Of a stretch of 64,000 bases of DNA, positions 52,113 to 64,000 are shown one piece after another. A model generated the notes under the pieces. It did not search any database, had not been told where the DNA came from, and saw only the letters and a list, made by a program, of their open reading frames with translations. A program made the translations under genes and the position numbers. Every line of letters starts with the position of its first letter. Position 1 is the first letter of the stretch. Source of the DNA: Lama guanicoe (taxonomy: Eukaryota); the NCBI GenBank assembly GCA_013239625.1, contig MU054187.1, positions 14,542,974-14,606,973 on the forward strand. Reading direction: 5' to 3'.

Positions 52113-52586
52113 GAATTAGTAATATATTGCAGTGTAATAAGCCACCCCCAAAGGCAGTGGCTCAAAACAACAGCCATTTATTTAGTTCATGCAGTTTGGG
52201 CAAAGCTCAGTAGCCTGTCCCTGCTCCACGCAGTATCAGCGAGGGCAGCTCATGGGCTGGTAGCCCGAATCACAGAAGCACACTGACACCTGTGGTTGGT
52301 GCTGGCTGTCAGCTGGGACCTCATCTGGGGCTATCAGCCAGAAGACCTGTGGCCTGAGGAGCTGCTTGGCTTCCTCAAAGCATGGTGGCTGGGTTCCAAA
52401 CACAGGGAGTCAAAGACTCCAGTTTTGTAAGGCCTGGGCCCAGAAGCTGGCACAGATGTGCTGTGAATTCTACCTTATCCTATTGGTCAAGCAGTCACAG
52501 TGCCCAGACTCAAGGGATGAGACCTGACTCCATCTCTCCATGGGAGGCAAGTCAGAGAATTTTAGGGTCACATTTAAAATACCACA
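52113..52586 (-). mobile_element. MaLR solo LTR (MLT1H/G-like)
   Basis: gtggctcaaaacaacagccatttattt...gctggctgtcagctgggacctca...catggtggctgggttcc...accaca. Confidence 0.72.
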
Positions 52587-52593
52587 CGTCTGT

Positions 52594-52695
52594 GGGGTAA
52601 GGAAATAGCTCAGTGGGAGAGCCCATGTTTAGCATGCAGAAGGTCCTGGGTTCAATCCCCAGTACCTCCATTAAAAAAAATAAAATAAAAATATA
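52594..52695 (+). mobile_element. Vic-1-type SINE (short-tail form)
   Basis: atagctcagtgggagagc...ggtcctgggttcaatccccagtacctccattaaaa. Confidence 0.88.
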
Positions 52696-53242
52696 TTAAA
52701 ACTCCACCTATTCACTGAAACATATCACCTTGTCTTTTCATTCTATCACTCTTGTGTTTAAAACAGAACCAAACCAAAAAAAGTGACATTGAACATTTCC
52801 TTCCACAGACACCCAGGTCTGCAGGAATCAAACACCTCTCTTACCTACCCAAGACAGCTGTACACCCGAGTGATGGAGATCACAAAAACCAGGTTCAAGA
52901 GGGATTAATACACTATTCTAGTCCAGTCTCCTCCCCAGGCCAAGGGGGAGGCTTTGGCCAGTTAGGCAGTTAGCAGTTGCAGCAGCAGAAGAGAGGAAGG
53001 GGTAGGTTGGAAGCTGAAGGAGAGGCCCAGGAGTGACATGCAGGTGTAACATTTAGTCATGCTGTGTTTCTGGGACATGTGCAGTTGGGCCACGCTGCCA
53101 GCAAGGAGGTGAGACATGATCTGGGGAGGGACCAGCAGAGGGCAGCCAGACAAGGTCAGGCCGACTGGCAGTATCAGGAGCGCTCATCCCCCGGGGCAGG
53201 TACAAGCCATCTGTTCATTTGCTTGTTCAACATATTCGCCTG

Positions 53243-53733
53243 TGTATGAGTATGTTGGCTACCCCAAAATGTGGCACCTTGGCATAGTGAAGATTTTAAG
53301 CTGAAGGAATTTGAGAAACAGCTTGTACAGGAAGGACTTTCTGACCTTCCCCTGAAACAGGTCATAAAACCCTCATGTGAGACATGCCCTCCCTGTACCC
53401 AGAGGAGAGGAGCATCCTTATCTCCCAAGATGAAAGGACACGGAGAGGAATCCGCATGAACAGGCCTTGCTAAGTTTCAGCCGGTTTTCTCCACTCACCT
53501 CATAACCTCTGTCCCAACCCGCCTTTTCCCCTCTCTTCATCAAACCTGGCATAAATGCACGCGGGTTTCATCGTTTCTTCAGGTCTTCATTTCCTTAAGA
53601 AGGCTTCCAAGGCACGTCAAGATTGCATCAAATAAAAGTGTATGCTTTTCCCTTGTTAATCTGTCTTTTGTCCCAGGGGTCCCAGTCGAGAACTTAGGAA
53701 GGTAGAGGGAAAAGACTGATTTCCTCTTTTACA
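53243..53733 (+). mobile_element. ERV1 solo LTR (MER34/MER39-like)
   Basis: TG...CA termini, 4-bp TSD CCTG (53239-53242 / 53734-53737), AATAAA near 53632. Confidence 0.8.
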
Positions 53734-54689
53734 CCTGCCAGTGACAGTGAGGCTTGTCAGTGTGTTAAGAAATTGGTGCCACCCCGTACCCCGGCTGCTG
53801 TATGGGGCCAGCAGACTTCTCTGCCCCGTCAGTCCAAGTTCCTGGTATGTTCTCTCCATCCTACCAGCTGTCCTCCAACACACACACACACATACACACA
53901 CACATCCCCCATTTCTTAAGACCCAAGAGACAATTTTTGTTCAGTACTGCTGGCCTCTTTGCCCAGGGCTGCACCCATCTGCATCCTCACCTCTCAGGAT
54001 ATCTTCCTCTAAGGGCTGTCCCCGCCTCCACCTTATTCCTTAATGACAATTTAAAATTTTTCATCCTCCTGAGACCGGTCCCTTGACTCTTCCCTCTACT
54101 TCTCCCCATTCTCATGTTAATTAACCTAATGTTTTTATAAGGCATCTGTAAAGACCCATGAAGGGAAGCTAAGACAGCAAATTCCAGACTGGTGTTCACT
54201 TGTGCAACATAAGGTTATAGGGTGCGCCCATGTGAAAGGGGCCCACTTAACCCTGACATTTACCAAGACTCAGGTAATGGGTGCAGTCAGCAGGTGAATA
54301 CCCGGGTTATCTCAAAGCCCGCCCCGCGGGTTTGCTTATGAAGCACATCAGCTGCTCCCCCTGGAGTGTTCCACCTGCATTTACAGATGGAGCGGGGCAG
54401 CCTTCCTTCTCGGGGCAAACAGCTCTTACAGTGGCCAGTATGCAGTCCATGAGGCTGGCTGTCCGCTCAGGAACAACCTGCTTTGTGTCTGGATCAAATA
54501 GAGTCATCTGTGATGGTTCCGCAGGGAGCCGCGGGCCCTGCGTGAACCCAAACAGGCTCTTCCATCTGCAGAGTTCAAAAACCAAAGACTCTCCCCCTAA
54601 ATGACTCTCACAACACATTTTAGTAAAGGTTTTTCAAGAAGCTGCTGATAATGATCCACAAGATGAGATTTTTGTCGCACTGTCCCCTC

Positions 54690-55052
54690 TGCTTGCAGTA
54701 GCTTCCTGGTTGTACCCTCCCCCACAGGGAGGTGGCGCGAGAAGGGGTGAGAGCAGTGGGCGTGAGAGGCTGAAAGCTCTAATCCTTTAGCCAAGACTTG
54801 GTTTTTCTAGTGACCACGCCCCCATCCTGAAGTCATCTAGGGGCCTCAGCTACTAGAAATCTCATTAAGGTACAAAAAAGGGCACATTCATCACTTAGGA
54901 GATTCTAAGGATCTTGGAGGCTCTCGTGTCAAGACTAAATATTATAAAAAAAGATCTTCCTATCTCCCTATTATTCAGGAAATCACAAGGATTTTAGGAG
55001 CTCTGTGTCAGAAACTAGGGTCAAAGACCAAATATATATTTATCATGTTATA
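54690..55052 (-). mobile_element. MER21-like LTR 5' fragment
   Basis: caaggattttaggagctctgtgtcagaaac...aagaccaaatatatattt is the reverse complement of the start of the 49013 element. Confidence 0.7.
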
Positions 55053-55689
55053 AGTACGTTTATGGGAATTTTTAAAAGGTACCCTCCTGGGTAGATGCAG
55101 ACCCATAAGCACAGGTGTTACTGAGTACATGTTACCTTTGAGCCAGGAAGACAGAAATGAGCAGAAGATGCACTGGATTTCCATCCCTGCTGCCCCTCAG
55201 CTAGGGCTTTGTGAACGGGCAGCAAAGCAGTAAGCACTCTTGTCTCCAGGCTGCGGGTTCAGTCAATTGCCTTAAGCCAGCTGGCAGCTTATTTAATACC
55301 CTTAGGTCAAAAGTGACCTGACCCATCCCATCCCACGCCCAAGCTAGTGCCATTTTTCCACTTCCATCCAGCGAGTAAGTGTCTGCCTCCTCCTTATACC
55401 ACAAAAGGAATTAAAACCCTCATCACTAGATCCTATCAGGTCAGTTTTTCCAGCCCTTCTTTTAGCAGCAGGCTCAGTGGATGCTGTCAGAATTATCCTT
55501 GGATCCCCTAAATTCAGACTACAAAGCCAGAACCCGTCGAAAACAGGATTAACAATATCAAGTATGGAATCTTTTGACCAAATTCCAGACCATAAATAGG
55601 ACTGGTCTAGAATACCGTGTACTGTAATTCCATGGAGTCATTTCAACAGACATTAATAGACGTTATATGAGGAATGGATTCTTTAATTA

Positions 55690-55882
55690 ACTATGTCTAA
55701 GAAGCTGTGAGTTCAACAAAGGTAAAGAAGTTTCTTTACGGCAGGACTTCTCAGAGCCTGCCTTCTGCCAATAAAGATGGAATGTCCGAGGAGGGATAAG
55801 TTAGGCTCTGTTTCCCAAACTCATTTGACCATAGGAACTTTCTGGCAGGGAGCACATCCATGGAGCACATTTGGGGAAACAG
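55690..55882. mobile_element. MER103-like hAT-Charlie fragment
   Basis: gtttctttacggcaggacttctcagagcct...tttcccaaactcatttgacca...cacatttggggaaac. Confidence 0.65.
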
Positions 55883-56034
55883 TAAGGCACAGGTGAAGAG
55901 CAAGCAGAGGGACTGCCTGTAGATGGAGCTGAAGGCACCATTTCCCAGCTAGGAATCGAAGGTTTCTGGTAAAATCAGAAAGGTCACTATACTAATATCC
56001 CCCTGTATCTTTAATCATCAGCTGATCATTCCTT

Positions 56035-56330
56035 TAAATAAACTTTATTTTTTAGAGCAGTTTTAGGTCCACAGCAAAACTGAGTGGAAGGTACAGAGAT
56101 TTCCCATATATGCCCTGCCCCAGACATGCACTGCCTTCCCCGTGATCAACATCCTGCACAAATGGTTACTTGTGTGACAACCGACAAACCTACACTGCCA
56201 CATCTTTATCACCCAGAGTCTGTAGTTTACCTTAGGCTTCACTGTTTATGTACTACTTTAGTCTTTCTCTTTTTTTTAATGTCGTACTTTCTATGGGTTT
56301 GGCCAAAGGTATGATGACAAATATCCACCA
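56035..56330 (-). mobile_element. L1MC1-like 3' end
   Basis: actttattttttagagcagttttaggtccacagcaaaactgagtggaaggtacagagatttcccata. Confidence 0.75.
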
Positions 56331-56489
56331 ACTGATCATATTTTTACAGGCCTTTTCCTCCATTCTCTAGTACTCTGTTTTCTTAATTCTAAGATCTAAA
56401 ATGTCATCTTGAAAGGACTACTGGATGGCACAATGGCTACAAAGATAGGTTTCAATGTTTTAAAGCAGGTTGACAAAAAAAAAAAAAAG

Positions 56490-56705
56490 CAGGTTGACAA
56501 ACTACAGCCTGTCGGTCAAAAACGGTCTGTTGTCTGTTTTTGTGAAAAAAGTTTTTTAAAAATACAGCCACGCCCTTTCTTCACAAATTGTCTATGGCTG
56601 CTTTCATGCAACTGCAGAGTTGAGTAGTTGCAATTGATACTCTAAGAACCCCTAAAATTGAACATATTTACTGTCTGGCTCTTTATAGAAAACTTTGCCA
56701 GCCTT
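56490..56705. mobile_element. MER58A-like hAT-Charlie MITE
   Basis: caggttgacaaactacagcctg...tgtctatggctgctttc...cagagttgagtagttgca...atatttactgtctggctctttatagaaaactttgcca. Confidence 0.8.
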
Positions 56706-56881
56706 ACTTAAGGAAAGAAAATAAAAGGTAGCGTAAGTTCAGTCTTTTTCAAAGTCATATTTCAATGAATTTTGCTAGTTTGAACTTAAATGATGCAATT
56801 AATTCTCCATTGTGCCCTTTAACCATCTCTGTGTACTCGGAAAGTTTCCCTTTCCCTTTCCTCAGAGAAACTCTACTTTTC

Positions 56882-57332
56882 TGTCACCTGAAGAAAAACC
56901 TAAAAGTTGTGAGTTAAGTTTTATCTGAGGACCTCACTCGGAACTATAGCCCTGGAGGCAGCCTCTCACAAAGCTCTGAGGAACTGCTCAGCTAAGGGAG
57001 GAGCCAGGATATATAGGAGTTTTTGCTGAAAACAAACAAACAAAAAACCCCATGTAATCACACACTTACTGCTAATCAAAAAAACCCCCAGACATCTCAA
57101 GTTAATGATTTCAGTGCTTTTCTGTGTATGGGAAGATACAAGAGTCTGGGCTCATTGAAATTATTCCTTAGATCCGCATCTTAACTAACTAGGGCCAATA
57201 TCCCGTTCTCTATCCTGAATTCCCCTCAGGACACACTATGGGGGGAGGGGGTGGCGGCTGCAGTGGCTAATGGCTTGAAGGCAGGCAGCATTCCTTGTTT
57301 ACTGAAATGGCAGGCAACATTCTCATTCTACA
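56882..57332 (-). mobile_element. ERV1 solo LTR (MER41-like, cetartiodactyl)
   Basis: TG...CA termini; near-TSD tttc/cttc; gcagcctctcacaaagctctgaggaactgctc and cagacatctcaagttaatgattt. Confidence 0.7.
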
Positions 57333-58089
57333 CTTCCATAATAAACCTCCTCCCCCCACCCCCCCTATATGAATGGTGCATGGAAACCATTTTTTCAGAT
57401 TGGTACTTCTGGTTAAAAACAGCAGATTAAACATTTATCTCGTGTCCCTCCAACATCCTATTATAATGAATTCAAAGACTTTAAAAGGCATAAGCTCATG
57501 AAGATAAATAGAAGAAATAGTAGAAAACAAAAAATATTTTTAAAAATTGAGAATGTGTACAGTGGATAGAGAAGTGATGGCTAGTGTAATGAGTCGAGGA
57601 AGCAGAACCTACGTGTGAAAAAATGAGCTGATTTAATGAGAAGAATCCAAGCACAGCCCAGAAACGAAGAACCAGATAGTGCTTAGAGGGGATAAGGCAC
57701 TGGGCTTACAACATAAGAACTGACTGAAAATTCCATATAAGGAGCCATTAAATGAGTTTCTGCCCCTCCAGCAAACAGCACAGCAACTCTTTTGTTCAGC
57801 CCTCCAAGGAGATGGGAGGCTTACTGTCTCTGAAGCTGATCCAGGGAACACCAGACCCAGCGCAGGCAAAAAGGTAGCAGGTTGGTGGCAGGGGCTTTGG
57901 TGAAAGAGAACTGTGCTGGAAGCAAGTACCACACCCTTTCCTCTCTCTGGGATGACGCAACCCTCACCGGAGGAATGTAAACACTTCCTGCACCGGCACT
58001 GCTCTGGCTTTTCCCCTTTCCTTGGGGTTGGAACAGGAGTTAGTCTGAGGCCTCGTTTCAACTGCAAAGAGAAGGACAATGATCCAGGC

Positions 58090-58263
58090 CCGTGGCTCTT
58101 AAACCTTGACAAAGACCAAAATCACCTGAGAGTTTATGAAAACACTAAGCTCCAGCCTTGAAGGCTCTGATTTGGTTGGTGTAAGCTAGGCCTGAAAATG
58201 TGCATTTCTAACAATATTCTAGGAGATGCTGTTGGTCCAGGAACAGTTTTTCGAGAACCAGTG
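58090..58263. mobile_element. MER5A-like MITE
   Basis: gtggctcttaaac...aatcacctgaga...tgcatttctaacaa...gagaaccagtg. Confidence 0.7.
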
Positions 58264-58689
58264 CCCTAGGGACGTACCTAAATTAAGGGAAGCGGGCCCC
58301 TGAAAGACCAAGTGGGATGAGCAGCCCATTTCCCCAACCTTGACAGTTACTCAAAAGAGAACTTTGTTCTTTAAGCCACTGAGCTTTGGATCTCCTCAGC
58401 AGTAGCGTTCTGTCCTAATTAACAGCCTTTTCCAGGTCCTGGAAATGTGACAGGCAAGCTGACACCCAGGCAAGAGACTACAGATTTCCCTGGAAAAGCT
58501 GGTTGACTGCAGAGAAACAGTTTACGGAAACTGCTGGAGTCACCCAGCAACAAACAACAGCAACAACAGTCAGGCTTACTGCCTCGTCGTGTGTAGGGAA
58601 TCCTGCACATCAATGAGCCTTGCCCATGCACGGGGACCTAGCCAGGTGTTCGTGCCTCCCGGATGGAGGAAGAAAGTGTACAACCTGAG

Positions 58690-60330
58690 AGACAATGACC
58701 AAAAAGGAAAAGGAAAAGAAATGGAGCTAAGATGCAAGAGAGACAGTGCAAGCAACAGAAGCTAACTTAAAAAAAAAAATTATCATTAATTGGAGTTTAG
58801 AGGTGACATTATATCCTTTAAACAGAACTGGCTACTATAGAAAATTACAATCTGAAAAAAATTGTTCTTATAAATTAAAAATGATAACTGAAGTAAACAT
58901 TAAAACAAAAGAATCAGATGAAAAACATAGCAAAGAGGCAGACGATAGCTTTTTAAAAAGGAAAAGAGGAGAATTTTGGAGAATCAGTCAAGGAGATGTA
59001 ATATCTCGCTACTGAAAGTTCCAGAAACAGAAGATGAGGGGGTGGAAGTTAACAAAGAAATAGTAAAAGAAAATTTCCCCAAGCTGAAGGACAGGAATTT
59101 CCAGATTAAAAGAGGACTTCAAGTACCAACTTATGACCAAGAGAAAAAAAAAAAAACATTTAAAGGCATGTGTCATGAAATTTAATCCTTCAGTGATCAA
59201 AAAAAAAAAATCCAAAAGCTTACAGAACTTTTGTTTCCAGAGAGGAAATATATCACATAGAAAAGAATGAGGAAAAAAATGGCATTGGTTTCTCAAAAAA
59301 AAAAAAAAATTAAAATGTAGACGTTAGTAAAGGGGATTTCCAGTCAAGATGGCAGAGTGGTAGGACCACGAACTCGCCTCTCCTCAGGACTACAACAAAA
59401 CCACAACTGACTGCTAAACAACCATTGAAAAAAAGACTGGAACCTAACAAAAAAGATCTTCTTCAACTGGAAACATAGAGGGAAACACAGCAGACGGTAG
59501 GAGGGGTGGGTTCATGATATAATAGGGCCCATACCCCTGGTGAGGAGGGGCGAACCACAAACTGAAGGGAAATTAAGTCACAGAGGCCCTCCCACAGGAG
59601 AGAGAGCTCCAAGCCCACGTCAGGCTCCCCAGCCCAGGCTTCTGGCACTGGAGGGAAGAGGAGTCTCCAGGACATCTGGTTTTGAAGGCCAGCAGGGCCT
59701 AACTCCAGGAGCCCCATGGGACTGGGGGAAACAGAGACTTCACTGTCTGGGGAAGCACACACAGAACCTCACGCACGCCAGGTCCAGGGCAGAGGCAGAA
59801 ACTTCATATGAACCTGGGCCAGACCTGCCTGCTGGTTTTGGAAGTTCTCCCAGGGAGGTTGGGGTCAGCTGCAGCTCACGCGGGGGACATAAAAGCTGGT
59901 GGTGGACATTCTAGGAGGGTTCATCTACATGAGCTTTCCTGGAGGCTGACACCTTGTTTGGGTCATTAGCACCAAGCCCTACCCCCACCCAACAGCCTAC
60001 AGATGTTGGTGAAGAAATACCTTCAATAAACTGTAAGGAAAAATGATCTCCAATTTAGAATTCCTTACTCAGTGACACTTTTAGTCATGTATGAAGGTAA
60101 AGATATTTTTAAACCAGAAGGCTCTCAAAATTTACCTCCTGTGCCTGCTTTCTCTTTCTCCTGGGAGAATGAAGGCACATGAGAAGAAAAGAAAGGAACA
60201 GAAAGACACCAGACCTGGTAAACAGGGATCCAACATTTGTGATGCACAAGGTGGATTTCCCAAGATGCTAGTAAACGGAGTCCCTGAGCCCTGAGAGCAG
60301 GCAAGCCAGAGCGAAACAGGAGAGCGCAGG
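58690..60330 (+). mobile_element. Old L1-ORF1/HAL1-like remnant, interrupted by a younger L1 5'UTR
   Basis: ORF 58976-59185 ENQSRRCNI...VPE...KEIVKENFPKLK...QIKRG matches the L1 ORF1p RRxN and ENFP motifs. Confidence 0.7.
59333..60000 (+). mobile_element. Isolated L1 5'UTR (promoter region)
   Basis: Starts gggatttccagtCAAGATGGCagag (YY1 site 59345-59353); GC-richer than flanks; imperfect 14-bp flanking direct repeat. Confidence 0.78.
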
Positions 60331-60376
60331 GCTTAGGTGGCATGACTCCTAGGGAAAACGGATCTGATCAATTATC

Positions 60377-60754
60377 TGTGGACGACTACTACCCTCTGTC
60401 AAATATTTTGGTTTTTCCCATAATGCCCCTCCTTTCAGTGTTTCTTCCTGAGATTTTAGATCCCTGCCCCACTGATATCAAGCTTGGCCAAAGGACCCAC
60501 TTGTCCCAATACATTGTAAGTAAGTGTGATGAGCGACCTCTGAGTAGAAGCTTTGAAGCACTGCCACACGCCCTCTCCTGTCTGCCACTGACCAGCTGTG
60601 CTCCAAAAAGAAGCTGCTCTTCATGGAGTGCAGAGTGGAGACAGCAAGGCAGATTTATATCATGAAAAATACAGACCAGCTTTGCTCTTGTAAGTCCTGG
60701 AATTTGGGGATAATTTGTTACCACAGCTGGACCTAGTATGTTCTGACTGATACA
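60377..60754 (+). mobile_element. MaLR solo LTR (old MLT1)
   Basis: tgtgg...ccctgccccactgatatcaagcttggcca...tgagtagaagcttt...tttggggataatttgttaccacagc...ctgactgataca. Confidence 0.7.
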
Positions 60755-60987
60755 TTATCTGCTACTTTTGACTGTGGAGAAAACTGTACTGTAAGATTGT
60801 GGGAAGACTTAGTGATAGGTACCCTGAAAATTAAGCAATGACATTCATTCATTTAACAAATATTTATTAATTCCTATTATATGTCAGGAATTTTTTTCCC
60901 AAGGCACTAAGACTATAAAAAGTAAAAATGTTAAAGAGGCAATTATTATTAACATAAAAAAATGCTTTAAGAAAGGGAAAAAAATCA

Positions 60988-61120
60988 GGGGCAGGTATTA
61001 CTCAGTGGTAGAGTACATGCTTAGCATGCATGAGGTCCTAGGTTCAATCCCCAGTACCACCATTAAAAAATAAATAAATAAACCTAATTACCTCTCCCTA
61101 AAAAATAATTTTTTTTAAAT
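60988..61120 (+). mobile_element. Vic-1-type SINE
   Basis: ctcagtggtagagtacatgcttagcatgc...ggttcaatccccagtacc...aaacctaattacctctccc. Confidence 0.9.
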
Positions 61121-61344
61121 TAAAGGAAAAAATTCAAGTCTCAAAAAAAAGGGGGGGAAAAATCATAACATACCACTTAGCTCGTCAGGGAATAATATTC
61201 ACATAGTTATATAAACAATGGTGAAAATAAAGGGAGGGTAAGCAGTGGGGCACGGAAGTGGTTAAGCTGCTTAAATCCTTATATACCATACTAGGATAAT
61301 ATCTAAAATTGATAAATCAAAAAATAAGGTATAAATGTATTATT

Positions 61345-62550
61345 ATGAGAAAATGTATGGAATGCACAAACTATTAAAGCTAATAAACAAGTTCAGCAAG
61401 GTTGCAGAATACAAGATCAATACATAAAAATCAGTTGCATTTATATATACCAGCAATAAGCAGTCCAAAACTGAAAGTAAGAGAGCCATTTTACATGAAG
61501 CAGCATCATAAAGAATTAACTATTTAGGAATAAATTTGACTAAGGAAATAAAGATATCCCATGTTCAGAATTAGAATATTTAATATTGTTAAGATGGCAA
61601 TACTCCCCAAATTAACCTACAGATTCAGCATAATCCCTATCAAGACCCAAGCTGGCTTCTTTGCAGGAATTGACAAACTGATCTTAAAATTCATATGGAA
61701 ATTCAAGAGACCCTAAACAGCCAAACAATCTTGAGAAAGAACAAAGCAGGAAGACACATATTTCCTGATTTGAAAATTCACTACAAAGCTACAGTGTCCA
61801 AATAGCGTTACAGGCATAATGATGTATACGTATCTGTAATTCAATGGAATCAAATTGAGAGGTCAGAAACAAATCCATGCAGGTATGGCCTATTGATTTT
61901 CTACAAGGCTGTCAAGACCACTCAGTGGGGAAAGAATAATCTCTTCAACAAATGATGTTGGAATCATTTGAATGTCCACATGCAAAAGAATTTGAAAGTC
62001 TGCCTCCCACATACAAAAATTAATACAACATACAAAAACTAATATAACATAGATCAAAGGCTTGAATGTAAGAGCTAAAACTATAAAACTCTTAGACAAA
62101 AACATAGGTGTAAATCCTGTGTCCTTGGATCAGGCACCTATTTTTTAAATATGACAGACACCAAAAACAGAAGAAACAAAAGAAAAAACTAAACAGTACT
62201 TCATCAAAATTAAAAATTTTTGTGCATCAAAGGACACTATTAAGGAAGTGAAATGAAAAGACAACATACAAAATGAGAGAAAATATTTACAAATCATATA
62301 TCTGACAGAGGTCTAGTATCCAGAATATATAAAGAGCTCTCTGAACTCAACAACAAAATGACAAACAATCCAATTAAAATATGGGGAAATGGAGGGACTG
62401 CTAATAGATGTGGGGTTTCTTTTTGTGGTGAAGAAAAAGTTCTGCAATTAGATGGTGGTGATGGTTACACCAAATACTGAAAACCACTGAACTGTGCACA
62501 TTTTAGAAAGGTGAATTTTACGGTGTGTGAATTATATCTCAGTTTTTTAA
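61345..62550 (+). mobile_element. L1MB-like ORF2 plus 3' end
   Basis: ttcagcaaggttgcagaatacaagatcaatac...aaggtgaattttacggtgtgtgaattatatctca. Confidence 0.85.
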
Positions 62551-64000
62551 AATATGAGATAAATATCAGTAGACACAGCAAGAGAGATGAGAATAGTAGC
62601 CCCGGGGAAGCTGCAGTGGCACATATAAAATGGAACTGATAACAACTGCTCTTTCTTATGTCTTAATATATTTGGCATTTGATACTATATATATATACAT
62701 ATAACTTTGATTTCTTTAAAAAAATCAGTCGAGTCCAAGAATGGAACGAAAATACAATGTTAGTGAATTATGCTATCTCTTCAAAAACAAAGTGACTGCA
62801 TTTGGATAGAAATGGAGTGGAATCTATTTTTTTGCCTGCACTCTATTTTCTTGAATTAAGATGTAGGAAAGTTTTGGGAAAAGGAAGCACAGAAATAGAG
62901 GTGGCCTTGCTTAACTTGAAATCAAGAAAATCTAAAATCAAGGGAAAACTTAAATGAGCCAAGAACTCCTTATTTATAAAATTGATTTAAATGCTTATGC
63001 TTGAAAATGAGGTTAAAAAAGGGGAGCCATTAAGCTGTAAAATATCCTCACTTCCCAAATGAAGACAGGAATAAAACAACCAGAAACAGAGTACTTACCA
63101 AGCACTTTAGAACAGTGTGTCTGAAACGAATGGCTTGTGTAAAATACAGTAAAAATGAATTACCAGAAAAATGAAATTAAAAAAAGAAACACAAATTACA
63201 AAGCCAAATTTTCATTATTAGATTGGATTTCATTATTAGATATATATATATATAAAACATTACTCTGTCAAATAGCTATTAAAGTGTCTAAATGTGTATT
63301 CTCAGTTTCTTTACTCATTTCTTCATAGGCTGTTAATAAATAGTTCACATACTGACACAGGGCCATAGACCGGTGCTGAGAAGCACACCTCTGCAAACTG
63401 TGTGGAACCAGATTCTTGAAATTGTTCATTAAATCTTAAAATAGTTTCAGAGGCAAGAGGCTACTGGAACAGAAATTTCAAAATAGCAATCATACTAGGA
63501 CGAGAAGATTATCCCCTAGTCCTCTATTAGAGCATTGCAGAAACATTCATTTATAGACAGGGCTACAATTACTTTACAGTGGCAAAAAACAGGAGGCAAA
63601 CTAAGTGGACATCAAAGGGGGATGGTTAAAAATTATAGTAATCCACGCTAGAGAATGAGATGTAGCTGGTTAACACGAGATATATGTGTGTGTATCGCAT
63701 GGAAAGATGTCCATGTTCCATTTTTTACTTTTTTAAAAAAGCAGCAAATTCCACAGCAGTGTATGTAGAATGTAGTCCTATACATTAGAAAGTGGGCCCA
63801 GGTTGTTTGTATATATTTACATAGCAAAAGGGTAGAAAAATATTTGAAAAGATAGGGACATATTCATTCTGCTAAAGGGCTGGGGGAAAGGGACAGCAAG
63901 GGAGAAACTTTGACCTTAGTTCATTCATTCACTCAAAAAGTTTGTACTGAGTACCAACTATGTTCTAAGTGGGAGGAGAAGGGAAACAATGACGGGGAAT

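Noticed and set aside
56882..57332. Interferon-inducible (STAT/GAS) enhancer in the MER41-like LTR
   Set aside because: I found no intact TTCnnnGAA motif in this copy.
63210..63241. 14-nt duplication tttcattattagat
   Set aside because: Ordinary slippage-type micro-duplication next to a (TA)n run.
46000..64000. A second gene upstream of STAU2
   Set aside because: No recognisable protein, exon chain or CpG island; the ORFs there map to repeats or look random.
1..64000. CRISPR array, operon or other prokaryote-type system
   Set aside because: The sequence is mammalian intron-exon DNA with no regularly spaced repeats or dense coding.

Overview
Mammalian genomic DNA, most likely camelid: it carries ten tRNA-Ala-derived SINEs of the Vic-1 type, and I saw no Alu, Bov-A/BovB or PRE1. 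The window holds the 5' part of the STAU2 (Staufen 2, double-stranded RNA-binding protein) gene on the minus strand. This comprises a CpG-island promoter (~44.2-46.0 kb, with a 146-N gap), a first exon (donor at 45154), a candidate upstream alternative first exon (donor at 45749), two mostly 5'UTR exons (39870-39988 and 38484-38549) and three coding exons (17201-17331, 8658-8817, 455-590). All have GT-AG ends and consistent phases; the gene continues off the left edge. The rest is intron and upstream DNA filled with transposon fossils (L1, L2, MIR, MaLR and ERV LTRs, hAT/Tigger elements and a Mutator-type transposase fossil). Almost all ORFs in the supplied track are spurious or decayed transposon frames. 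I see no new multi-gene system. The most interesting signals are: (i) several upstream ATGs that act as uORFs or as in-frame N-termini depending on the splice path; (ii) a 5'UTR exon whose acceptor sits inside an antisense MaLR LTR; (iii) inverted lineage-specific SINEs around the cassette exon of this dsRNA-binding gene; (iv) a nested MULE fossil and a few atypical retro-insertions. Repeat family names come from recalled consensus similarity, not a database search, and old-repeat boundaries are approximate.
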